From assembly GCA_965153285.1 (NCBI GenBank), contig OZ229116.1: a DNA stretch of 64,000 bases; one strand, written 5' to 3'. Positions 24,279 through 36,610 of the stretch are shown in pieces. This stretch comes from Podarcis tiliguerta (taxonomy: Eukaryota). Both the position numbers and the translations under genes were made by a program. Position 1 is the first letter of the stretch. Each line of letters begins with the position of its first letter. The notes under the pieces were generated by a model. The model made no database searches and had not been told where the DNA came from. It saw nothing but the letters and a program-made list of their open reading frames with translations.

Positions 24279-24985
24279 CAGCCAGAGGCTGAATGCGGCC
24301 CTCCAAGTTTTTTTGCCTGGCCCTCAGATTTCTTTCCAGGCCTCATTCCTCCCCAGCCATACCCACTACTGGGCTTGCATCTCATCCTCCAAAGTGGCTG
24401 GAATGTGTCCTTGAACTCTGGCTTCCCTGAGTGGAAAATACAGAGGAGTGTGCACAGGGCTGGCCCAAGGCATTTTGGTGCCTGAGGCAAACCACAAAAT
24501 GGCGCTGCCTTCCCCTTCCCATCCCTGGCCAGGAAAGGAGTGAATGAAGATCTACATCAGAAACAAGGGGGAAATAAAGACCTACAAGGGTGGGGGGAGA
24601 CCAGCAGTGCCTTCTGTTCACAAAGAGGCCACTGTAGAGTGGCATGGAGGGGGGCTGCCAAGGAGGTGGCAGATCTGGCCTCCAAGCAGCGCACTGCAGC
24701 TGTCGCTACCACTGCAGCAACAGCAACGGTGGCAGCAGCGGGTGATGCATTCCTTGGAGGCCAGATCTGCTGCCTCTGCAGATTCTGTTACCTGAGGTGA
24801 TTGCTTCACCTTGGCTCAAGGGTGGGCCTGTGTATTGAAACTAGCATACTGCACCAAGGTGAAATTTGCATAGCTGCTCCACCCACCTTTCCCTCTAGCT
24901 CTGCCCAGCACTTGCATGTGGCCCCCGGAAGATTTCCCAGAAGTGAATGTGGCCCTTGGACTGAAAAATGTGCCTCATACCTGCT
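24279..24985. mobile_element. Old hAT-like element interrupted by a second hAT-like MITE
   Basis: gaatgcggccctcc at the left, gaatgtggcccttggactgaaaaa at the right. Confidence 0.45.
24455..24837 (+). mobile_element. hAT-like MITE (CAGGGCTGGCCC start) with internal hairpin
   Basis: Homologous to 47420-47620 (ttttggtgcctgagg, gaagatctacatcag, gcttcaccttg). Confidence 0.65.
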
Positions 24986-25155
24986 TAAGAAAGACAATGC
25001 ATATGGGGGGGGGCTGTGACCAGGTGACAGGTGTGCCTGCTCAGTCCACTGTCCAGAGTTGAGGGGCAGATTCAAGGCCCTTGCTTTCCCTCCTTATTGT
25101 TCAAATGGAAGACTGTCCTGTAAAGGACACTAGACTAACTCTAGACTAACAGGAG

Positions 25156-25157
<2 letters not shown>

Positions 25158-25186
<29 letters not shown>
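25158..25186. repeat. (GA)n microsatellite
   Basis: Directly visible. Confidence 0.9.
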
Positions 25187-25191
<5 letters not shown>

Positions 25192-25722
25192 GAATGCATA
25201 GATGCAGATTTTGAGTTGAAGAGTTAATGTTCAGTATCCCTAAACCAAGACATTGCCTCTTCTTCCTTCTTTTATTCACAAAGAGGGAGGCACGCTGGAA
25301 GCAACAGCACAAATGTAACAGGAATAGCTTGTGAAAAATCAGTTTTAATAAAGCCCCAGCGCTAACCTCAGAAACGTGAGTATTTATACTATTGACTTGT
25401 GTATGAGGTTATTTGTTAAGGAAAAAATTGTCTACTCTTGTCTTAAGACCTGAGGAAAAAAAATAACTGAAATTAGAGAAACCGGAGATATAAACGCAGT
25501 GAGTAGAATGGAGCAAAATACCTCTGGGGTGTTCATCTGCCATAGTAGTCATTTCATATCTCATCTGTTATATGAATGTGATAGCTCCTTCTCTTTTTGA
25601 TAGTATCATTATGTAGACTCTGCAGATTCAATTCCATTTACAAGTCAATGGTGTGAGATTTTATGACAATTCTTTTTACTGAGTTGATTCTGTATGATCT
25701 TCTGCAGCACAAAAAGATAAAG

Positions 25723-25767
25723 ATGTGTGTGTGTGTGTGTGTGTGCGCACGTGCGCACGCACACACA
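25723..25767. repeat. (TG)n/(CG)/(CA)n alternating tract, partly self-complementary
   Basis: tgtgtg...gtgcgcacgtgcgcacgcacacacac. Confidence 0.85.
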
Positions 25768-26174
25768 CCAAATAGGTTGGCAGCTTTTTAAGGGCTTTAG
25801 TAAGGTGTGTTGGATATAACTGACCTTTTTCTTTTTAGGCAAAGTCACCTACTATTTTCTGGGACAAATATACACCCTGATAGTTATTGATTCTAGCCAC
25901 TAAAAAAGCAATGTAACATACAGATTCGAACTCATCCCCTTGCCCAGGACTAGTAACAATCCCTTTCAGACAAACAGCTTGCTAGATTCGCCTCTCAGCT
26001 TGATCTGTGGCACATAGGTATATGCTGCTAAAACAATGTTTCAGAGTTTTTATGTTCAGTGTTGATGATGAGAAGGCGGTATTGTGAAAGACTTGTGCTG
26101 GGACATCAGAAAGTAAACATTTAAGAACAGGTGTGTTATTTACACAAAACTCTGTGTATGTGTGTATAAGCGTG

Positions 26175-26338
26175 CATAGGAGCCAACTTCTAGGGGCTGT
26201 GGTCCCTTTGTACCCCCCTAAAATATTTGATAGGCATTGCCATTCAAATGGTGTGCCTTCCTACCATGTCTTGTGATCAATTAGATGGGGTGGGGCTTAC
26301 CTGGGCCCACCAATGTTGTATTTAAGTTGGCACCCCTG
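26175..26338. mobile_element. hAT-like MITE
   Basis: Imperfect TIRs cataggagccaactt / aagttggcacccctg. Confidence 0.55.
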
Positions 26339-29300
26339 TTCTTTAAGTGCAAAATTATTTGCGCACAGAACAATCAACAATGCCTCATGGAAACAGATGA
26401 AGACATTGTTTATTGCTCGCATTTGTCCATTCCTGACCATTTGTGAAGTTGTTGGGAGTTAGAGCTCATCCACAATTTTGTTTGTGCTACAATTCCTAGG
26501 CAAAGGTCCTTGATTTGTAGACATGGGCCCAACTGGAGTTTGTTCCAATTCAGCAGGAAACAGTGGATTTCCCCATTTCTCTCCTGCAGGTCAGGCTCGC
26601 TCTTCTTTTGGCACCTTCTGTCTTTATTCGAAGGAACAGCATCAAGGCACTACCAGAAAAGACAAAGGGAGATAATTAATGGAGAATTAGGAATAGGTTG
26701 CAAGTTGCGGTAGCCATGGGATAAGCGCAAACATCTACCCATCTTCCCAAGCCTTTGAAGGTACAGACTTGGAGTCTCTAAGTTGAAAGGGTACTTCCCC
26801 CAAAATTTGTACACACTCACCAGGACTAGAAGGTTGTTGGCAAATGCCAAAGTTGCAGGCTACAGTGGTTGTGGTATTCTCTGCGTAGCTAGCCTAATCA
26901 TCACAGGTCATAAAATGCTGATTTATTATCATGTAGTTCTGCACAGCACCCGCCTTTAAACAATACAACTACATCATTTCTCTTGACTTTGCATATGGAA
27001 TAATTCTTTTTGATTTGGTTTATAGTATTGTTTTCTGGATTTCGTCTCCTTTTCAGAGGTCATTCCAACATGGATTATGTGCTGCAACACAACATTTTAA
27101 GTCATCAGCACTTTAGCTTAACTAATGCTTTAGAGTTACAGAGGGTTCCCTGTACCCGCTTAAGTAGATAAATGAATAGCAGCCGTAAAGTAATTTAATA
27201 AATGTAATGAGAAATGCTTGCTTGATTTTTTTCAAATCATGTGTCACTCTGATATACAGAGCTGGCTATTCTTCTTCCTTTGTGCATATATAATTTATAT
27301 GGTCCGTGGCAGGCCAGCATTCCTACAGGGCAAGTGCCTGTTGGCTAGATTTCTGTGCTGTGCCTGAAGTGTTTGGAAACTTGAAGCTTTGCAGGAAAAA
27401 AATGGCCCTCTGAGCTGCAAGATTACTGTTGACAGGGAGAAACTGATGCATTTCTGTTTATTTGAGTTTGATTATATTTAACACCAGAGTCTCCTGTCTA
27501 CTCACTCATTCAGTACTGGCTCTTGGTCCCTGCTTTTGTTGTTGTTTAAGTCTTCTGGGATTTTATGATGCTCTTCATCACTGAGGTAGGATGGCTATCA
27601 GTGGAAAGAAAGAGGAAAGGATAACATGTCCTCCCTCCTGCTTAAAAAATGGAGATGTTGCAGCATGCACCATCATTATTTATCATCTACTTAGATTTTT
27701 CTCTCTCTAGGTGACCGCTGCCTCCCTTTTCCTGATTCCCTCCATTCAAATAGGTTCCACAAGAATAGGGAGTTTAAGGCCTGCCACTGGAAAACCACGT
27801 GGGAATGGTCAAATCTTTTGATTCCAGTTTCTCTCGTTTTCTAGCTCTCCCAATTTCCACATCAATTCATGATCAATATTCTTTTAAAGCATCCCAATGA
27901 AAATGTATCAGCATTTTAGTGCAAATTTCTTCTTGATATAGACATGGTTGTTGGAAAACAAAGAATTGGGGGAGCACTGTAAGTATGCTCCCAATTCTTT
28001 CCTTTCTTCTTTTACAGACTGGCTGGAACTCAAGTCTTTTGCCACAAAGGACGGTCCCTGCCAAAAGCAGGGTTTGCAGCCACTGTTGGTCAGCTGGCCA
28101 ACAACAGCTGGAATTCCTACTCTGGTGGGGATCGGCTTCCATCAGGAGCTCTCAAGTGGGACCAGTTCCAGAGGGCTTCCATTTGCAACGCCAGGTTTCA
28201 GGCGGTGCAGGCAGTTCCCCCGCACAGGGCACCGAGCTGAGGGGGTGCAACGTTGAGAAGATCCATAATTGAGAAGATCCATTTGGGGTCACCAAATTTG
28301 GGGCTCACTCGGGGTGCCATGCTACCGAAGATAACCAGAGTCTGCCTCTGCCATTTGTGAACTGCTTTGAGTTTGTTCGTTTTTACAATCAAAGAGTATA
28401 TAAATTTTGTCTGTAGCTCGGCCCTGCATATGACCCACTCTGTATGTGGACAAAAGGGGGTGGTATAGCAAATCTTATTTGGCTGGCAGTCAAACCACCC
28501 AGATCAACTGTTGCGGCTGCTACAGTATTTACACAAAGAGCACAAGACTGTCAATACATAAACTTGGCATATGCCCTGTGTCTGAGGCTCAGCCAATCTG
28601 TGCTTACGGAAGGATGCAGTGTCCCATTTTGTGAATTATTACCCCTACCCCTCGCTCTGCTGGTGCATTCCAGAATACTTACTAATATAGTCAAGGAATA
28701 AAAGGAAGGAGTGCATGAGTCAGCTTTCACATTTTCAATGGATTGCACTCCATGTCCCTCTCAGGTTAATGACAGATAACAAACCTTGGCCCGAGGGCAG
28801 TAGGACTCTTATTGCTTCTGGCAGTAGTGGTAACTAAGGCTGGAAATTCTCTTGTCACTTCCAATCTGACCTGAACATTAAGACAGAATGAGGAAGGTAG
28901 GCTAGGATGATAGATAGAGACTCAAAAGATCAGGAGAAATTTCTTGGCAACACTATAGGTTCCTAGTCAGGAAAATGGCAGTCATTTCCCCCCTTAAACA
29001 AACTCCTTATTTGGGATCAAACTGATATAGGTTTCAGTTCGGAGCAAACTTACTGGAATCAGTGAGATCTCTCTGCACTTTTGGGCTGAATTCTCACGAC
29101 CACATTTTTATCAGTTATCTGCTGATGGAGAAGATCTTATACTGGAGACTTCAGACAGCTGCTGCCAGTCTGAGTGAACTGTTCTAGGCTTGACTGACTA
29201 ATGGCCTGACGTGGTATAAGGGAGCCACATAATTATACCAGGTTAGGTTTCAAGCCCTGAGCAGACATCTCCACTGCAGAATGCATGAATATTACAGAGA

Positions 29301-29394
29301 ACTTATATAAGATAAAATTTAATAGCAAGCTTCTCTCGTAGAACTATATTATCTCCAGTCATTGTGGGCACCAAAATCCTTTTCCGATTGCATT

Positions 29395-29592
29395 TAAATC
29401 AACATTCTTATGACACTTTAAAGATGAACAGATTTATTATGGCATAAGCTTTTGTGGACTACAGTCTACTTTGTCAGATGCATGTCACTGTGGGTGCTAG
29501 TCCATACAAGCTTATGCCACAATAAATCTGTTTGTCTTTCAGCTACGACGAGATTCTTTGTTGTTTATGCTGGAACAGATTAAAATGGCTAT
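29395..29592. mobile_element. Old Penelope-like element ends in inverted arrangement
   Basis: acagatttattatggcataagctt ... aagcttatgccacaataaatctgt inverted arms with a degenerate hammerhead core. Confidence 0.65.
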
Positions 29593-30949
29593 CTGCCTGC
29601 GGGTTGTATTTTGAATCTCACAAATGCAGTCAAAATCCTATATACTAATAGTAAACTCATTATCCAAGTGTGGATCTTTATGTAGCCATAATGGTACCAT
29701 CCATGCACAAGAGGAAGATGTCAGCAGACTTGGGAGAATCTGAAGGTTGTTAACAACAACAACAACAACAACAGCAACCTTTGGTGGGAAATGCCAATGT
29801 GGATTGAGTATGCTTAGTGTTTGAAGTGTGGAAACCTGTAGGTGTTTATTGTTACATGTGAGTAATTCTAGGAGTGTACAGCTCAACTACTTTTATATGC
29901 AAGTAAACAGATTGAACACTTATTTGATCACCCTTATGGAGAAGCCTACATGAGTACAGCTGGCTCACCCTCCAGATCTTTGCTGAACACACATGTCAGA
30001 GGGCCAGAATCTGGTGCATGTGCATATTGTTGGGGCCAACTTATTCACACATTAGCTTTATACAATACATGGAAGGGACTGGTGTTTTCCACCACATCAC
30101 AGGGCAGGCAACATTCCAGTCTCTAGCTTTTGTCCATGGCTACCTGCGATGAGTACATAGAAACATAGGATTCTGCCTTAAACTAAGTTAGTGTGAATCC
30201 ATATAGCTCAGTATTGTGTATACTTGGAGGCAACCAGCTGGGCTGTGTGGCTGCATTGCACTTTCGCTTTCCAAATGTGGCACATTGCTGCCACTTAACC
30301 AAGAGGGGGCAGGACAAAGCAGTAGGAACTTGATGTGGTGTGGGCACTGCGGCAGAGCCAATGTGATACTCCTGAGACTACATCCACACTGAGCCTGCGT
30401 CCTGACAGCCTCCTGCTGCCTTCCCTCTTCCCCTCTCTGTCTTGGTCTACCGTAGCATTCAGGAGAGCAATACAGCCTCACCTGCACAGGCACCTTGCCA
30501 CTATTTATTGTTGGCACTTGTCTCTCTTGGGAGACAATGAAGGAATGCGCCTCTGGGGGTGAAGTCAAACTGCCGGAAGGTTGCATTGCCTGCTGTGGCT
30601 GTAGAGGCCGATATGGGAGAGACATGTTTTGCTGCAACTGGGACAGATGAAGGCATCTGGTTATGCCGCTGCAGATGTACCATGGTGTTTATTCTCTCTG
30701 CGCTCCCGCCAGTGGTCATTCCTCCTCTGGTCACTGCTATGGATACATGACCAGACCGTTTGTCTCCAGACACTGCAGTCATCTGCAAGGGATTTCCACA
30801 GGGCAGGGCTGATGTTTCCTTACCACTGTTTCAATATATACATTACACTGTAGGCTTTCACAGATGTGTGGTATAGTCTCACTGCTACCATATTCCTGAC
30901 AACTTCTGTTCCTCCAGAGCCCAATCCCCTTCCTTTGCTCTGAGACCTC

Positions 30950-30954
<5 letters not shown>

Positions 30955-30987
<33 letters not shown>
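30955..30987. repeat. (TC)n microsatellite
   Basis: Directly visible. Confidence 0.9.
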
Positions 30988-30990
<3 letters not shown>

Positions 30991-31991
30991 CATCTCTCCA
31001 TTCTCCAGCAACCTAAACATATAAAACTCCTCTGCAAGCGCCACACTTGCAGTTTTACAAGCAAAGTCTCCAGGTACATCCTCATGAGAACATCCAGCTG
31101 CTGGGTGGAATTTGTATACAGGGGCAAGATCAAAGGTTGGGGAAAGCCCCCAAGCAATGCTGCAAATGGTTTGAAAAACAGCACTTTCCCCAAATCCATC
31201 CTGCTCCCACTGTCAACGGGCTGCATGTTTTCAGTCATCCGATGGCCCTTCCATCCCTCCCGGCACTGACCTCGCGAAGTCTGCCAGAAGGAAGGCAGAG
31301 AATTAAAGGGAGCAGAGGGAGATGAGCAGCAAGTGGTATATATTAGAGAGAGGTACAGCAGGCATCTTGTATTTTGACAGCACAGTGACATTATGTATAT
31401 ATAGCCTCATCTCTGCGCAGGTGTCTGCTAGAGCAGCTACTGTAACCATGATGTAAAATATTCAGTGACTCACTGCGGATAACCTTTTAATTTAGAGTAA
31501 TAATCTGGTGACAAGACAAACAATGTTAAGTTGTGTCAACTTGCGAGGAAAAACATAAAACAAAAATACCTCTGGCATCCTAGAGCTGGAGGCGATACAC
31601 ATGGGATTTGGGGTGTGTGTTTGTGGATAGACAGGGGCTGGAAAGAACCTAGTAGGGTCCCAGACAAGCCTTGCAGAGAGTTCTAGTAGTAAATTGGAGC
31701 ATGCAGTCATTAACAACGACACTTGGCACTATTCTAAAATGGCCAAAACTGGAATGAGAATACTTTGTCCAACATATTTTCCTTGGACTAGAGTGACAAC
31801 TTAGGTGGGGAGGTTAACGGAGACTGGACAGCTTTGTTGTCCCTGCTAAAAGTTGTTCTGGAGGAATGTTGTAGATGATAATAAAGTACAATCTTTTTAA
31901 AAGTGGGGTTTTGTTGACAGTGTGTGGTAGTCAATGCTAATCCTACTGTTAATAGACTCGCTGAAGTTAATAAACATGGCTAACTTAGATT

Positions 31992-32212
31992 CAGGTAGGT
32001 AGTCGTGTTGGTCTGATGCAGTTGAAATAAAATAAAAATAAAAATTGTCGAGTAGCACCTTAGAGACCATCTAAGTTTTTTCTTGGTATAAGCTTCCGTG
32101 TGCATCTGAAGAAGTGTGCATGCACACGAATGCTTATACCAAGAACAAACTTAGTTGGTCTCTAAGGTGCTACTGGACATTTATTTTTAGTTTTTTTATA
32201 TATTTCGATGGC
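31992..32212. mobile_element. Penelope-like element, inverted terminal fragments
   Basis: agtagcaccttagagacca...ttggtataagc / gcttataccaag...tggtctctaaggtgctact palindrome; homologous to 54893-55118. Confidence 0.8.
32101..32140 (+). ncRNA. Degenerate minimal type I hammerhead ribozyme (Penelope-associated)
   Basis: at-CTGAAGA-A-gtgtgcatgcacac-GAAT(GAAA)-gctt-atacc. Confidence 0.55.
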
Positions 32213-32639
32213 TAACTTTGTGTTCAAGTAAGACCTATACAAATTAATGAACCTATCAATAGTTACCATAAGCAACTTAAAAACAAAAAATAAAGTAAGT
32301 CTGATGCAGTTGTTCACCTCTTGCCAGGAAGAAGAAGTCTGGTTCAAGACTTCTACTAGATGCCCCATTCCTCATCAAAACAATAATGGTACAAGGAAAT
32401 GCGTAAAGAAACAGACTAGGGTCTACTTAATACATTCATTTCTTGATGTCTGAAATAACGGCTACTCTGAGTGATGTCAGAGTCAGGCCTGGTAAGTTTG
32501 GTGCCTGGGGCAATGGAGGAGAAAACACACACATCTGCTCTCAGACATTTCATGTTTTCCATTTCTTAACATTTATATACCGTTTGATTGTAAAAAGAAC
32601 CCAACAACCTCAAAGCGGTTTCAGAAGCTCTTACCACTT

Positions 32640-33725
32640 TTTCATATATATTGAATATTTTATTAATATCATTACTATGCAAATATCACAAAATAGCAAA
32701 ATAATAATATACAGAACTACAGTTTGATTACATCGCTCCCTTAAATTCCATTTCTTTTCTAAACCTGGCATAAATAAATATACTAATCATTTCTAAAGCT
32801 CATTAACTCTCATATATACTTCAATGATCACATCATTCTTTGTTAATTTAATCAAATTCATAGCCCGTAAAACAGGATCCTGACTATGATATCTAAAACA
32901 TTTCTCAAAATTGTTCAATCAAACTCCTTTCCCTCCTCTGTCTCTATTTTAATCCAATGCATTGGTTTTGATGTCTCTACTCTAAAAAAGTAGAGACATC
33001 ACCTTGCCAACAAAGGTCCGTATAGTAAAAGCTATGGTTTTCCCAGTAGTGATGTATGGAAGTGAGAGCTGGACCATAAAGAAGGCTGATCGCCGAAGAA
33101 CTGACGCTTTTGAATTATGGTGCTGGAGGAGACTCTTGAGAGTCCCATGGACTGCAAGAAGATCAAACGCATCCATTCTTAAGGAAATCAGCCCTGAGTG
33201 CTCACTGGAAGGACAGATCCTGAAGCTGAGGCTCCAATACTTTGGCCACCTCATGAGAAGAGAAGACTCCCTGGAAAAGACCCTGATGCTGGGAAAGATG
33301 GAGGGCACAAGGAGAAGGGGACGACAGAGGACAAGATGGTTAAACAGTGTTCTCGAAGCTACAAACATGAGTCTGACCAAACTGCGGGAGGCAGTGGAAG
33401 ACAGGAGTGCCTGGCGTGCTCTGGTCCATGGGGTCACGAAGAGTCGGACACGACTGAACGACTAAACAACAACATTGGTTTTGAGGATTTAACCAAAATT
33501 CAACATTTTATTTCCTAGTCCTCTGTTCTTGGTACTTCTGCTTAAAAAAAAAAAAAAAAAAATTCAGTGCTGAGCAACTGATAATTAACTAATTCTTTTT
33601 CCATTTCTTATCCAATTCCCTCCATATACCTCAGTAAAATCATGACAGGGTCCTAGCTGAACATCTGTTTTCTTAATCTTCTTTTATAACTGTATCCAAA
33701 AATTTATCTTACTATAATTCTGACC
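32640..33725 (-). mobile_element. Highly degenerate L1-like remnant split by the BovB insertion
   Basis: T-rich plus strand; minus-strand fragments such as FWIQL..KKIK and MILL resemble the L1 ORF2 C-terminus. Confidence 0.3.
32972..33473 (+). mobile_element. BovB (RTE clade) LINE, 5'-truncated 3' end
   Basis: Uninterrupted frame 33004-33465 PTKVRIVKAMVFPVVMYGSESWT..FELWCWRRLLRVPW..LQYFGHLMRR..VHGVTKSRTRLND; (CAA)n tail; TSD cattggttttga at 32960-32971 and 33473-33484. Confidence 0.95.
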
Positions 33726-34139
33726 ATGGTTCAGCATCCCTCATAGACCCAGAGAGCATCAGGCTAGCTTTGGCCCCAAGTGCACACAGTTTTGACCCCA
33801 AACTCCTTTCCAAGGCATGTTCACCACTCAAGTTTGCTTAACAATGCAATTGAACAGAAATTCTCCTCCATCCATGCATGGTAACTGCACAAATCGTTAT
33901 GGCAATATGCCTGTGGTATTAAAAGCTCCAGAGAAAGCAACTGCTAAAGAGAGGAGGGGGACCATTCTTTCCCGGCTCCTCTTTGAAGGGCACCAGCAAC
34001 AGGAAGATGGCTGCATCCCAGTTTATATGGACCACTATCAAACACATAACAGCACAGCTGAACCTGGAGGGGTGGGGCTCAAGAGAAATTAGATAAAAGC
34101 TCTCAAAAGCATATGCACTTTGGAAATTATTACTCTTCC

Positions 34140-34545
34140 ATTATAACCTGAGAGGCTGATAAATAACTTCCGCATCTAGGATTCCTCTCACCCCATTCTG
34201 ATTTGTCTCTTTGGTCCAGTTAGATGTTATTTTTATTGGGTTCAGCAGACAGAAGAATCACTTTATCAGATTTGTGCAGCGAACTGAATTCCAGATATTA
34301 CGAATTTGAGGATTGTGTGTCAGATATTTGAATGTAACATTATTAATGAATATTCAGAGGTGTGAGTGATGCTTCCATCTGCTGTGCTGGATGAAAAAGT
34401 AACTTCTAAACTGTTCCTCCAGTTAATCCTTAGAGGAAGCAGTTACTGCACCCCCACTATTATTTCCCACTTTCTCTTACATTATTAAGTAATTGGCTGG
34501 TGTGAGATAGGATTATCTATGATAACTGATTGATGATGTCAGCTT
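34140..34545. promoter_or_regulatory. Candidate conserved element with Pbx-type site next to TGTCA
   Basis: Repeat-free AT-rich block; TGATTGATGA 34527-34536 immediately followed by TGTCA 34537-34541. Confidence 0.3.
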
Positions 34546-34552
34546 TGCATGT

Positions 34553-34689
34553 CTTACCCTCCAACGTTTCTTCAATGAAAATAGGGACATCCTAAGGAAA
34601 AGCGGGACAATCTAAGTTCAAATCAGAAACCGGGATGGCTTTTCTAAATCAGGGATTTCCCTGGCAAATAGGGACACCTGGAGGGTCTG
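34553..34689. mobile_element. hAT (Tip100-like) MITE
   Basis: TIRs taccctcca / tggagggtctg; partial TSD gcatgt. Confidence 0.7.
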
Positions 34690-35009
34690 GCATGTTGAAA
34701 CAGCCAAGTTATAACATGTCTTGAACCTATGAACTAGCTTTTTCTGGTTCCAGAAATCTTTGAACTCACTCTCTCTCTCTCTGTGTGTGTGTATTACAAT
34801 GCAAATCCCTGTGAAGTTTCCTTTGTAATCAATATGGGACTTTCTTGGATGCTGTTGGATGTGCAGGTGTTTGGAGAATGTGGTGGTAGCACAAAGCTAG
34901 ACCCAGTGATGTCACCCTCTGCAAGCAGGGCAAGATTTAGGGGAATGTGACTGGTTCCCTTGCAATGAGTGCTGAGCCAAGAGGGCACCAAAGGCGACAC
35001 TGCAGCAGT

Positions 35010-35780
35010 GACTTATAATAGAGTGAGAGAGGCGGGGAGCATTGAATTTTGGTGATGCACATGGTGACACTGAAATTTGAGATAGCTAAGTCCACCGCAA
35101 GTTCTTTCAATGAGTGCTGGATTTCTCAGTCCCCGTATATTGTCTTTTATAGTGGTCTGATTGTTGAAACCAAGTACCCCGTGCATTGTATATTGATGAG
35201 AGTGCCGCAAATTCCGTTGCAGATTTGTAACTCATGCCCCAAAATTGGGTAGAAGGAATGGCTCTTAGTTTAAGTTGAGTCTATAGTGCAGATACATCTT
35301 TATTGTCAATAATGGAATGCCTTGCACTTCCAAGCCTTTATTTTCATACAGCCAGCAACGACAGTTGTGCAAACATTTGGAAGATTTTAGTGTTAAGACG
35401 GAAATAAAAGCCACTGTAATCAGTGGAGGATTTCAATGCCAGAAGAGGAAATTATACCATAGTTTGATGTGTGCATGTGTCAGAGAGTAGGGAGGAGGGA
35501 GAGTGTGTGCACAATGGCCAAGATGAAACATTAGTGTTGCAAGCTGAATGGCAGTGTGTCTGATTTGATTTGAACTAATTGATGATGGTGGCTCAGGACT
35601 TGCCCCTGACACCATTGGGACACAGCTCTGCAATCTGCTTCTGCCTGATGCAAGCTCATTTTTCTTTCTTTGGCTGATGTTTGGGCTGCTGGCGGGCCGG
35701 CCAGTTTATATACCTCAGTGGCACCGTGTGATTAACGGGCCTGGGCACAAAGGTTTCTGGTACACTGTCCAAGCTTCTGC
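35010..35780. promoter_or_regulatory. Candidate conserved non-coding block
   Basis: No repeat similarity; retained CpGs (ccgcaa, ccccgt, tgccgc, ggcgggccggcc, accgtg, aacggg); several Sox-like ATTGT and homeodomain motifs. Confidence 0.3.
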
Positions 35781-36317
35781 AGCCTACAAGGCACTGCGCT
35801 CCTGTGGCCCTCCAGGAAAGCTGCTGAGATGTGCAAGCAGACTCCTAAGGACAACAGCATGGAGACAGAACCCCAAATATGAAGTCTGAAGAGGAAGGTA
35901 TTATAAATATAAGGAAAGACATTCTAGATCAGACCAAAGGCCAATATAGTCCAATACAGTATCCTGTTTGGCATACTTGCCAGGCAGATGCCAATGGGAA
36001 TCTCACAAGTAGGTCATGAGCACAGTAGCCCTTTCCTGCTGGCAGAGGGTCATGTCCTGTGAGAGAGATTTTGGGCCCTGGGAAAGGTGCTACTCACTCA
36101 TGGAACCGACTGCTCCCTTCTTGACACAATCACTTCCTGTCATCTCTTTTCATAGCCATCTTGAAATCCATAACATACTGAGGTGGGAGGATTATTGCTT
36201 TTGTTAGTTACTATGGTAAGAATTTTTGTGTTTTTATATTGTAAACTGCAATGTGATCCTTGTATAAAGCACGTTATATCAATTTTAATAATGATAATGA
36301 TGATGATGATGATTTCT

Positions 36318-36610
36318 CCTGGGCCTTTTCAGTGCTAACTCTTTACATGTACGACTCCCTCTCTACCGAGGTATATTTGGCCCCAACTCTTTTTAGCTTT
36401 AGGGATTTGGTTAAGACACACTTTTTCCATGGGCATTTGGAGGAAAAGGGACATGACAAGACATGACAGCTATGTCATAATAGGTTGTGAATTCCTGTGT
36501 CATTATTTTTAAGGACTGTATTATTTAATGGATTTTATGTATTCTTCATATCTTATTTTATTTTGTTTCCCACCACCCTGTGGCGACTGCAAAAGGTGGG
36601 AATAAATATA
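36318..36610 (+). mobile_element. Old L2 LINE 3' end
   Basis: gggccttttcagtg..gactccctc..ttaagacacactttttc encodes a degenerate AFSV..(WN)SL..F...KT.(L)F motif. Confidence 0.55.

Noticed and set aside
30699-30718. CTCF-like motif (minus strand CCACTGGCGGGAGCGC)
   Set aside because: Several mismatches at high-information core positions.
32982-33437. 151-aa minus-strand ORF
   Set aside because: Antisense frame of the BovB fragment.
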